Shown here: positions 11,805-23,300 of the stretch, piece after piece
How positions within the stretch are numbered: position 1 is the first letter of the stretch
Layout: each line of letters opens with the position of its first letter
DNA from: Paraspadella gotoi
Taxonomy: Eukaryota; Animalia; Chaetognatha
Assembly: GCA_051294375.1 (NCBI GenBank)
Contig: CM119267.1
Coordinates: forward strand, 15,416,105 to 15,480,104
Reading direction: 5' to 3'
DNA: 64,000 bases
Program-made: the position numbers and the translations under genes
Notes under the pieces: generated by a model
The model's database searches: none
Seen by the model: the letters and a program-made list of their open reading frames with translations, nothing else
Told to the model about the DNA's origin: nothing

Positions 11805-14186
11805 TCAGGCTGATTTGGAAATAGTTTCTACCATTTCTTGGAGCAATTGCTTTACTTCATCTACTTCATCTAAGCTTCGACTGGATAAAATTAGTTGGGA
11901 ACCAAGATCCGAATCTTCGTTGTAAGTCTTGTCAGATTGAATTCCGCCCGCGAATTCTTCACCGTCCGCAACCTCATCCGATTCCTCAATGCCTTTTTCC
12001 GACGGAAACAGCTCGGGAAAAATTTCCCGTGCAAACATGTTCCTGATCTTCGTCTGATCAACGGCGTGGCAATTGGTCTTGTGGACGTCGCCGACGCCCA
12101 ACCCGACGGCTTCGGCGACCCTTTGCGAGGGAAACAAGCACTTGTAGCACTTAAGCACGTTGGGAACCAGCACGTCGCAGAAGAGCACGCAGAGACGCTT
12201 GAAGGCGGCCGTTTCGGGCTCGTCGAGGGCGTTCCTTAGATCCTCAAAGGTGGCGACGAGGACGCCTGCCAGATCGAGAAGAAGCGTTGCCAGGGCGTCC
12301 TTTGTCTGAAAGAGCAGAGTGATGGTCGCAGTGGGGCGAAAATCGTTGAGGGCGTTAATGATGTCGTTGTAGAAGGAAGCGAGAGGAGGAAATTCGAGCA
12401 GAGAGAGAGGAGGAGCGGGAGGAGCGTTGGAAATGGCGGCTACGTTTTGGAAAGATCCTTCAGAGGTATCGGCGCCCGAGACGAGATCAAAGCTTAAAGC
12501 AAGAACGCCGCCCGAAGCCGCCATCGACGTAGAGGCGGGTTCGGAGGAGAAAGAAAGCACTTTAAGGTCCTCTTGGAAGTTCCGAAGAGCGCCGTCCAAT
12601 GAACGAACGAAAAAGGCAAGGGCAGTCTACAAAGAAAAAAATTACGAGAGTAATTGTTACAGTGTAGCGTACCTTGTTACTAATTTTTTTTTTTTTTATA
12701 AAAAACGGCATTTTTTTTATCAAGACCAAACCTCCTCAAAAATAGGAACGAGCAAAGGTCGAAGATCAACGCCGACTCGGCCGAAACTAAGACCGAAGTA
12801 CATGCACTGACTGGCCACGGCGTCCAATCGCGAACGGAGCGACGGCGAAGCCAAGTCTTTTTTCAATGTCGATAGAAACGATTCGACTTTAACTAAAATC
12901 CACGAATAAAGAATGGAGGAGTCGTTGCAGACCGTCGACGGGGCGGAACCTAGAGACAGACGACAGGTTGTATTGTGGTCAATTCACAAAAAAAATTGAC
13001 AAAAACCCTATAAACTTATATTGAGAAATGTTGCATCGTATTTATTACCCGCGGCGGTTCTTTTGACGTTAGCCCTGACTTCGTCGTCGTCGGTAAAGAT
13101 TGCTTTGTACTGGGTGATAATGTCGAAGAAGTGGATGCGAGTTACGTCGATAGTTTTCATCAAATGGTTATATGCGTCGTCCGAGGGAATGCTGGATATT
13201 AACCGAATTAAACATTTTAACTTTATTTATTTATCTACTTAATCTCTTTACTCTTTACCCAGAGAGAATCGTTTGGAACCAAGAATCCCTGGCGTTAAGG
13301 AATAAAACTCGAAGCTCAGTTTCGGAAAAAGCGTCGAGCCGTCGAATGTGTCCGATCACTTTCAAACAGACTGGAAGAGTTAACTGCGCCGTCCTCAGTT
13401 GGGCGATCAGTTGGCCAATCATAGACTGGATACAAGCGCGAACTTCGTTGAGAATGCTTCGGACCTGAATACAATGGATTCCCGATGATCAAAAGGCCAT
13501 AGGCAGCTCGCGTCTCTTTCGTCTCATACCAGCGGGATGTGAGAACCGTGTTTCTTGTCCATGCGTCTTATATAGTTGGCCAGTTCCAGGGCCTCGTCGA
13601 AATATCCGTTCTTGACGCAAGTGTCGATCAGTTGAGGAATCTCTAAGATCTCTAATAACTGAGTATGTTTCTGTAGAATTTGACCGTTAAGCTGAAATGA
13701 AAAAAATACTAAGAGTTACTTGAAGGCCTTGAAAACATATTAAACTCATAAGTAGCTAACCTTCCTCTTTTTGCTAATTTCCTCGGCCTGAACTTGAAAA
13801 TCTTTGCAACTGGTAGTGCAAGACGGAAGTTTCTCGTCCAACATGGACCCCAGTCGAGCTTCCACACCGACGAAGTCTTCAAAAATTTCTTTGGAGCATT
13901 CTTGAAAAAAAAAATGAAGCGTAAATCCAAAATTCAGACGCAATAACAATTACATATGAAAAGTTTGATGACGCTTACCGGCTGTCTGAATAAAAGTTTT
14001 GTAGTTTTGACTCGCTAAGTCTTTAGTCTCCTCCAAGATAGCGCTACGTTCTTCGGAAAGGCGTTCCGGTTCCTTCGTGAGGCGATCGAGACCGAAGGAG
14101 CTTAGTTGTGCCAAATAAGCGGAAATCTCCGGATTGAGGCCAATCCTCGAGTCTAGGCTAGACAGGAATGAAGTGCTTTCTTCCAT
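11805..14186 (-). CDS. COG8: Conserved oligomeric Golgi complex subunit 8
   Basis: Spliced exons give [82 protein letters not shown]. Confidence 0.92.
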
Positions 14187-14342
14187 TTTTTAAATTAACT
14201 TCTGAAACAGAACAATATTACACAAAATATCTATTTTCTCAATGCTCTAGCAAAAATTTTTGAACTTAAAAATGAAAAGGGCCAAAGAAATTTAACGACG
14301 ACAAGTCTCAAATCCAACATTAACATCATCGTCGGCCTTCTT

Positions 14343-16061
14343 TCACTCGTCGGGAACCTCGATCTCGCCGTCGTTGATCTTGTCGATGACGTCGTGCGGC
14401 GCCATTCCGTCGATGGAGCAGCCGATGGACTGCGCCGTGCCGAGGATTTCCTTGACGGTGCCCTCCAGGCGGCGCGCCATCGAACGCTCACGCATAATGC
14501 GGGCGATGTTGAGGATTTCCTCGAAGGAGACGTTGCCGCTGTGCTTGATGTTCTTGACCTTCTTGCGGTCGCGAGGCGGCTCCTTGAGGGCACGAATGAG
14601 AAGGGCCGAGGCGCTGGGGACCACGCTTACCTGCGCCTGGCGATTCTGGATGGTCAGCTTGACGGTGATGCGGAGGCCTTTCCAGTCCTGCGTCGCCTTG
14701 GCGATGTCATCTCCGACTTTTTTCGGAGATAGACCTGGGAAAAGTAACAATGATAAATATTTTTAAAAAATATTTTATTTTAAAAGAAATTGGTAAGAAG
14801 ACTCCTCACTAGGGTGAAGTGAAAGTTTGGAATCAAAATTTAGCAGTTATATCTTGAACACTATCATATTAGTGAATACTATTACTAATCTGTAGTTATT
14901 TTTTTTTTACAAATATAAAATGTCAAAATTTCAAAATGTTTTTTTTTAAATTCTGAGAACAGATTCAGATTCCTTGTTAAAAGTTGATGAAGGAAAATAT
15001 AAATCTTAAAATTTAAAAATTTGCATTTTGAAATTTTAGCTTATTATATACATATATATATACTTACTACTATATATAAATGTAGCTCACTAGTGCCCAC
15101 TAAAGTATAAAATTAACAAGTTTGCGCAATGTCGGATCTGCCCACGATCATTATCGGTAATTAAATAATTAATAATTAATTAATTAATTCAAGTTAAGTA
15201 ATTAATTAGTCAATTAAATAAATAAATTGATCCAAAATGTTTGTTTTAATTGATAAATTGACGGATTATTAATAATTGATTAATTAATTGACTAATTGAT
15301 TAATTAACTGATTAATTTATATATCTTACATTTACATTTAATATAAAAAGAAAAAGTAGCATAATCAATTAGTGAAACAGGTTTTTTTTTCATTTAAACT
15401 CATTTCCACGATTCAACGATTCCTGTTGGACAAACATTGTCCAACATTCCATCGAAACTTGATTTCCAGCTTAATCACACATTTTCTTACCCACATACAA
15501 ATTTTTAGGTCAATTGCCCCATCCACTTATGAGTAATTGGTGTTCAAATAATGAAATATATTTTTTTGTTTTTTCCATTAAAACTCATTTCCACTCGGAC
15601 GATTCCATCGAAACATCATATCCAGCTCAATCACACACTTCCCTAACCACATACAAAATTTCATTCCAATCCATCCATCGAATCACGAGTAATTGGTGTT
15701 TTTTGTTAAGGACGGACAGACAGACGGACATCGTTTTTTTTGCATAATTTATCATAATTCGATGTTTTGACATGAAATAAATTAATGCCCGACAAGATTG
15801 AGGGGGCGGACCGACGGACCGACAAAGTGAATTATAGAGTCGGGATCTTCTTATAAGCAGATCCGACTAAAAAATAAATTTACCAGAGTATTTTTATTGG
15901 TTTTTATGTTTATGTTTTATACATTTTATCATTTTCACATCACTCTACTCCTCACCCAAAGGTCCGATCTTGGGAGCCAGGGTGGCGGTGGCTCCGACTT
16001 CACCTCCGACGGCGCGAAGGCACACGACCTTGATTTCGTTGGGGTCGAACTTGGGAGGCAT
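14343..16061 (-). CDS. RPL12: 60S ribosomal protein L12 (uL11)
   Basis: Exon 16061-15956 [11 protein letters not shown]...LAPKIGPLG joined to exon 14734-14343 [14 protein letters not shown]... Confidence 0.97.
15115..15874 (+). mobile_element. Non-autonomous Helentron/DINE-1-like element (HINE) in RPL12 intron
   Basis: Starts AACAAG; subterminal inverted repeat GTCGGATCTGC 15131-15141 / GCAGATCCGAC 15857-15867; 3' hairpin 15838-15868 followed by an A run; GACG/GACA microsatellite; internal core duplicated (~15390-15545 and ~15570-15700); second copy at 18887-19454. Confidence 0.65.
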
Positions 16062-16072
16062 TTCGTCGTTCA

Positions 16073-16103
16073 GGCGAAAAAAAAACAGCGAAAAAAAGGC
16101 AGG
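16073..16103 (-). promoter_or_regulatory. 5'TOP/TCT-like pyrimidine tract upstream of RPL12
   Basis: Minus strand cctgcctttttttcgctgtttttttttcgcc ends 11 nt before the ATG; typical of ribosomal protein transcription starts. Confidence 0.5.
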
Positions 16104-16472
16104 TGTCGGATGACTGACAAATTCAGACGACCGAAAACGTTGCACCTGTTATTTCTTTCGCTAAAGTTTTAACAAACTACAAATAGATTTTGGGTGTAAA
16201 CAGTGTATATCATATATTTATTTAACCGTTTCAAAGACGAAATAAATACAATTAAACGAAACCACTTCTAATTCTAAAGCTGGAATTTGTTTTTTTACTC
16301 TTTCACAAAAAAAAAAAATAAAAATAGCGTCAAGGTGCAAAATTAACGAAATGAAGCCCGGAGTGCTAGTTCAGCGGGTGCTACCGACGTAAAAAATACG
16401 AATACCACAATTTCTTTCCCCAACTAGAAAAAAAAAACCTGCTAAAAGCAACCTACGTTAACTAAATATTTT

Positions 16473-18264
16473 TCAGACACAGTATTGATAAGGTTCCAGC
16501 TTGCCCATATTGGTGTTGGGCATGTGGAAGGGCGAAAACCAGACGAGTCCGAAAGGCGAACCGAAGACAGATTTAATGTTGGCCCACCGTGATTTTCGGC
16601 CCCACGAACCTCCTTCCTTCTTCAAAGCCTCGATCCCAGTTTCATCTTTGCATATGGAGTTCAGCTAAAAAAATTGCGTCGAGGCTTGGTTAAAGAAAAA
16701 ATGGAGAAAAGAAAACGGAACTCCCATAGAATTTACTTGAATTGCAATTAACATGCATATTAATTTTCTTATTACAAAAAACCTTGAAAAAATCGCACCT
16801 GAGTTAGGCACATGATGGTGGTGAAAAGGGCGAAGAGCAAAGCTTCAAAGGCGAGAATGATGATGAGGACGAGAGCGAGGGGCCGCCTAAAAACGCTGCA
16901 CCCGAAGCGAGCAACGTCGCGAGACTCGCCGGTGTCGGACGTCGAACCGGCCGGCCGTCGATCCGAGAAGAGACCGTGATGTTGAACGTTTTTAAAGAAT
17001 TGACCAGGAGTGTCGACGGCGTGAATTTCTAAACCCAAGTCGATTCGTTAATTTTTCATTTTCTTTGTTTTAGGTGGCATTCTTACCGGATGCGACGCAG
17101 GTTAGGAAATGGACAATTATCAAGAGCATGGCGTGTAAGGAAATGACGGCGATGTACAAAGTGAAGAGAACGAAGAATTTTTGGTTGTTCTCACCCACGC
17201 AGTTGTTGATCCAAGGGCAGTGGTGGTCCATTTTACGAACGCATCTACCAAAAGGTATTGTTAATAACAAATGACATTGATTGAATCATGAGAGAAGCTC
17301 ACCTTTGACAAATGCTACAATGATGAGATCGTTCAGGTTTGATACTACAGCATTTGGCGCATTTGTAGACTATTTGATTATGTTTGAAACCCATTTTTTG
17401 AATGTTATCCGGAGTGGCGTTGCCCATTGGAATGGCCCCAGGATCGGTCACCATCGCTTTCACGTGAGCAGAAGCTTTTGAAACCAAGGAAACTAACTTT
17501 GTATCGTCGTTGATAAAATTAATGTTTTGAATTACTTACTGGCGAGAAAAGCGAAAAGCAAGAAAATAACTGCGTTGACTATGTCGTAGACGTTGGTAAA
17601 ATCAGAGAGGATGACGTAATACACGACGAATACGGCATACGCGATCAAGAACCACGTCATCACGGCGCAGACGTAACCACATATATCGTTAACAAGCCAG
17701 ATCCGTATGCCACTGAGTAGAAAAAGAGAAGATGGCCCACATCTATTACCTGATAATAATTAATAATTATCTCACCGCAAAGAACGAAAGCATCGAAGCA
17801 CGGGGCAGCACTGAACGAGTTCCACGTCCTGAACTCCCGCCTGATTCGTTCTTCGCGGCGTCGTCACTTGTACTCGAGGTCCTGGGTCGGCTCCATGAAG
17901 ACGGTCCCCTGCGTAGAAGACGAGGCGGAGTTTTAGTGAAATAAGAGGGATAGAAAACGGGATAAAATCCCGTGTGCGTCTTAACATCTTACAAGCTCTC
18001 TCCACTCTCTGGAAATACGTGCGGCTCTTTCTCTTTTTCTGCTTCACAGACGTTTTACTGGTTCTCTTTGAGAGTTTAACGGACCCTAACGGTGTGATTT
18101 ACCATAGAAAATGAGCCACCGTATCGAGTCGCAAAAACTAACAAAGGCTTACCCATGCTTTCGGCAAGCCAATCGGAGGGAGTTTCCGTGGGACTAAAGG
18201 AATCCTCTTCGGTGGCATCGTCGTTAGATTGATTAGAGTTGTCTTGACTTTCTTCATCAGCCAT
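16473..18264 (-). CDS. Palmitoyltransferase ZDHHC3/7 family
   Basis: [62 protein letters not shown] and C-terminal YQYCV. Confidence 0.9.
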
Positions 18265-18886
18265 TTTTTAAAGGCACAAGATATAAATCGAAGAAGTTTG
18301 AAACGTAATTGCAGTCATTTATTATCCTATGCTAGTTCATGTTTCTTTTATCGTGTCTAATGGTAAGTTTGAATTAATTACCCTCATCTTTCCAAAAAGA
18401 TCGCTTGAATCAAAAATTAAAACGTAAAATTTCATTCACAAAATATGCACTTTATGAGCAAAGATTTTAATTTATTTAAGTTAAAAAAATTAGTCAATCG
18501 CTTCCGTTCTTTTGAACGCTAAGATTTTAAACAAATTTAGATCATCACTCATCACGGAAAGGAAAGTATATTTTTAAAAAAGCCAAAAAATACAAACAAA
18601 AACACAATCCCCCCAAAAAATTGCTTGTATAATCACGGATTTGACAAAATGAAAACGAGTGGTCATGTAAATGATATGAAAATGGAAAAACCGGAAGCCG
18701 CACATAATATGGGTTTAAAAACAAATAAGTGTTATTTGGTACAACTACGTAATCGGTAGCATGAAGTGAAAGTTTCAAGTTCAAATCTAATCTTAAAAAA
18801 AAAAACTGATTGTTATTGTTTAAAAATTATATGAATGCCTATAAAATAATATAATTTGCAAAACTTAAATTTTAAATTATTCATTA

Positions 18887-19454
18887 TTCAAGTTTGTGCA
18901 AACAATGCCGCATATACTCACGATCATTTAGTAGCTGATCAGATCAGTGATCAGATAATAAGTTAATTTTCAGATGTATTTTTACCATTTTTTGGTCATT
19001 CATTCGGTTATGGTCATTATGCAGATTTTGGTAATGGTTGTGGTGGTTGTTGTTGACTATGGTAATTATGCAGTAGTAGGAGTGGTTGTGGCGGCAGTTA
19101 TAATTGTAGTATTTATTGTTGTGGTGACATGAATTTTTAATTCATAGTGAAATATGTTTTTCGTTTTTTTCTATTTAAACTCATTTACATTCCATCGAAA
19201 TTTGATTTCCAGCTTAATTACATAGTTTCAAATGCCCAAATCAATCATAAGTAATAAGTGTTCAAAGCTAATGGGGATGTACCGACGGACGGACAGTTGA
19301 ACGGACGGACCAGTTGGCCGGACGGACATCGATTATTTTGCATAATATTTTGTAATTCGAAGTTATTTACCGACAAGATTATGGGGGTGGAACGACGGAA
19401 GGACAAGGTGAACTTTAAAAGCTGGAATCTGCTATATGCAGATCAGGCTAAAAA
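18887..19454 (+). mobile_element. Second, diverged HINE-like copy between PIN1 and ZDHHC
   Basis: Collinear blocks shared with 15115-15874: caagtttg...cacgatcatt, taaactcattt, cattccatcgaaa.ttgatttccagcttaat, gacggacatcg, ccgacaagatt, gcagatc...taaaaa. Confidence 0.65.
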
Positions 19455-19494
19455 TCCAGAATCTCATTCCAAGTTGTTAAAAAATGAAAGAGAT

Positions 19495-20199
19495 CTATGC
19501 TGTGCGTAAAATGATGTGAACCCCAGAATCGGTCCAAACTGGACCGCTCATGTCGCCCACCTAAATTTAAAACAAATTTTAAACAAATCGATATCGACAA
19601 GTTATCAAATTACGCGAGAGAACGTACCTCAAGCGCGAAAGCTGCGTCTTCGAACGGTTTTTGCATAGAGCCTCGACCGAAAGGCCCCAGATCTCCTCCA
19701 CGTTTTGCGGAACTGCAATCGGAAAAATCATTGGCCAACTCGGCGAAGGTTTTTTCGCCAGATTCGATCTGAAATTTCATTTGAAAGTTCCCTTTAAAAT
19801 AAATCGTCCGTTTGAATCAAAAAAATAGTTTTTGACTCGCCTGCTTTTGGTAACCCTCTAAAATCTCTAAGGCTTCTTCCTTCGTCCGAGTGATATTGTC
19901 CGAACGCCAACTCGATGGTCGACGAGAATCCCGATGTTTTACTAACAAATGAGACGCCTGTGAAAAAAATTATACCTCGTATAGTAGGTATATTGAAAAT
20001 TAAATTTGAGTAAATAAGTTATCCTCCCACCAAACAGAATTCAATTGAGCATTTTCACCTGAACTTTTCCGCCCCCATCGCCTTTCGCCGGGGAAGTAGG
20101 TCGCTCCCATTGGGATTCCTTAGTGTGTAAATTAAGGTAATATGACTTTCCACTGGACTTGGACGTCCTCTCCTCCCAACCTTCGGGAAGCTCGCTCAT
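19495..20199 (-). CDS. PIN1: Peptidyl-prolyl isomerase Pin1 (not in the ORF track)
   Basis: Four exons: WW domain [21 protein letters not shown]...SQWERP; [18 protein letters not shown]; [31 protein letters not shown]; [12 protein letters not shown]. Intron 19769-19840 is GC-AG. Confidence 0.95.
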
Positions 20200-20358
20200 T
20201 GTATGTCAATTCTATACAACACCTGAAGGAAAAATACTATATATATACGTAAAATAAAAGTAAATTTCAAACAAATTTCAACGTTTTTTTTCCCATTTCT
20301 CAAAAAAAGAAATAACAAATGGAATGACATTTTAGTATGGCACGACATATTGTAATGT

Positions 20359-23300
20359 TCACGACACGATCCTGGTGTCCGTATGCAGTTTCTGAAACCT
20401 TTTGAGTCGCCTGACCATGGCGAGTAAGAAACTAAACCTGTTGTTGGATTTAGCGTGAATCTGCTCGATCTCGGAGAGTTTTTTAAACAGGCCGTTACTG
20501 CCCAGATTCTTGGCCACTTCGCTTTTCAAGGCATTTAACTCCTGGAAGGTCAAATTGGTTTGTGATTCTGGAACTCGTTGCTCTTTGCCGGCAAGGATCC
20601 CGCCAACGGATCGCAGCGGGTGCTGTTGCTGCGGCAGATATATGGCGGCATCGGCGTCGACGGGCGAGCACCTCATCAGATAAACGTCGAGATGACGCCA
20701 CAGCAAGAAAACCAGGTTTTCCATCACTCCAAGCAATAGAGATCTCTGCTCGCTAACGGCATCAATGAGTTCGTCGAGTCGTTTGGCGGCGACCAACTGA
20801 CGTTCACCTGCCGGAATTTTTTCGTCCGTGGCAGCATCGAGCGAGGATGATGACGTGAGCTCTTGCAATTCGTCGCCGCGAAGATCCTGGACGGCTTCGC
20901 GCTTGCGGACGAGACGTTGTAAGTGGTCGCTGGTTGATAGAAAAAGGGTTGAATAAGTCTGCAGATGGTGCAGCGGCAGCGCAAGAGAAGGGATTTGCCC
21001 GCGATTAACGTAAGTCGTAGATATGTCACTTGGCGATTCATTGAAGGTAGGCGAAAAGACGAGGCGCGGAACCGTTCCGCCGGAATGAGCCAGAGACGAA
21101 AAGTAGGACAACACATTCGAGGCTACCTGCAAAATACCTAAGTGCAAACAGGATGTCCCGCCGAGATTCTCTCGTGATTTTAGAGAGTTTAGTGTATGCT
21201 CGGAAAGAAAGAAGCGAGGGAGGAGCGCCAACATTTGTCTCTCTATCCAACCTAATTGACTCATGAATTGCGGGGTCAGAGCCTCGTCTTCAAGAAAAGA
21301 ACCATCGGCGCCGTAAATGGAAGCTTTTGCTAGTACCGCCGTGACGACGTTGATCTCGTCCACGTGGACCATTTCCCATTCGTCGTGTCGCTCGCGCAAG
21401 ATAGAATGAAACGTCTCGGCGTGGGCAGCGACCATCAGCATCAACTTGGGCGCCGCCTGACGCCCGAGGGAAGTTAGAAGTGCCAGGCAAAGTTTCAAAG
21501 CTGGCATAAAGAGTTGTCGAAAATTGGCTACTTCGACAGCATCATGGTCGCCTGGTGAACTTTCTGGTCGCATGTCCAAGAACTTGCAGCAAGCGAGACG
21601 ATCCAATGCTGCAGCGTGGAGTACCGCCGACGCGCCAACGGTGGAAACAGTCGCCATTCGTATTAGCAAAGCTAACTTGGCTTCATATATGTATAAAGAT
21701 TTCGAAGCGGCTGCTGACTTTGTGCTCGGAGCCAGGAGAGATTGTAGAACTAAATCTTCTAACAAAAGGCTATCAACCAAGTGCTGCAAATAACCTTGGT
21801 TTGCCAGATAATGGATGATATTGTTCTGCTTATCAATGGCAACCATCGCATCGAGAAGAGAAAGCGCTAACATCTTTCCCACATGATGAGCATCGCATGC
21901 GTCGCGAGCAACCATTTCTAGAAAATTATCTCCAAAACTGTTAATGACATTTGCGTTTTCCACGCATAGTTTTTCAACGTCCATGGCCATTGCGCCAGAT
22001 TTGCTAAGAGAGGTTGGAAAATCGGCAATGTGTAAGTAGTTTAGCATCGCTCCGTAAATATTGGCGCGCTCATTAGGCAAAGTTCCGCCCGGCTTAAGCA
22101 CCATCTGAATTAACCCTTTTAATACGACAAGAAGCTGAGATGCGGATATTCCAAGATTGACAAAGAGACCCTGGGAAAAACCGGGTCCCATCCCTCGAAT
22201 TGCTGTGCGGTCTAGCATTGTCTTTTCAGTACGTTGCGTTGAGTCTTTTGCATTCATTGCTTTAAAACTCAATTCTGAAATTGCAGATGTAATTGAGTGA
22301 CGTAAATTTGCAACGAGAGTCAAGACAACACCGGCAGCAGGAGAAACTAACTCAGGAGCGCTATTGGAGTCAAGAATCTTCATCGTAAGGTGCTGCAAAA
22401 TCAGGAGAATAATGGAATTCTTAGATTGACCTTGGAGCCCATGAGATTCAAGTGGGCAAGCGGTAAGGAGTATCTCTGTCACTTGACGCCAAGCTTCAAA
22501 GGCTTGTTGCTGGCAGTGCATGTATTCTTTAGATTTGTTCTGTGCCACAACATGGTCAAGCAACATCTGAATTTCTCCTTTTATTTGTTGGCGAGGAGGT
22601 TGCGGATATGCAGATACAGGAGATTTTCCGTCGACAACAGTCTGGGACGGATATTGGGCAAAACCAGCATTTACTTCATTAAGAAGAATAGCGTGTAAAC
22701 TCTTAACATCACAGAGAACCAGGCCGGATTCCAACTGCAACTGACACGATCCGATAAGCTTTTCCAATGCCGTCAAATCAAACATATTTAACTCTGGAGG
22801 TTCTGGGATTTCAAGAGCAAAATCGATGGTATCCAGAATTTGCAGCAATTTCGGACGAAGCTGATTGCCACTGGTCACCATATCATTGATTGTCATTTGT
22901 GAACGGGCCAAAGCTTCAACAGCTAAAACACTAGCCTCCTCTGGACCATCTCGTTCTCCACTCATTAACCCTTGGGGGAATGCACTGCCAGGGGCCGAGC
23001 ATGATAATAACAGTTGAATGAGCCGTTGGTTGTGCGATCGTTGCTTACTCACAGCTGTTAGACGTAATTCTAAGGCAATAGTCTTAAGAATCCATGATTG
23101 CTGAACGAGAAGAGAAATGGGATTAAAATTGCGTATGCTAGGGGTAATTGTTGGGAGATATTGTAAGTGATTAAAGAGAAAATCTGATGAAGATCGCAGG
23201 TACCGCAAAACAGGATTACAAGTCTTTGGTTGAGAACAAATTATGTAAAGAATATGAAAGCCTATTCGTGCAGACTTATGCATGAGAACTTTTCCTTTTG

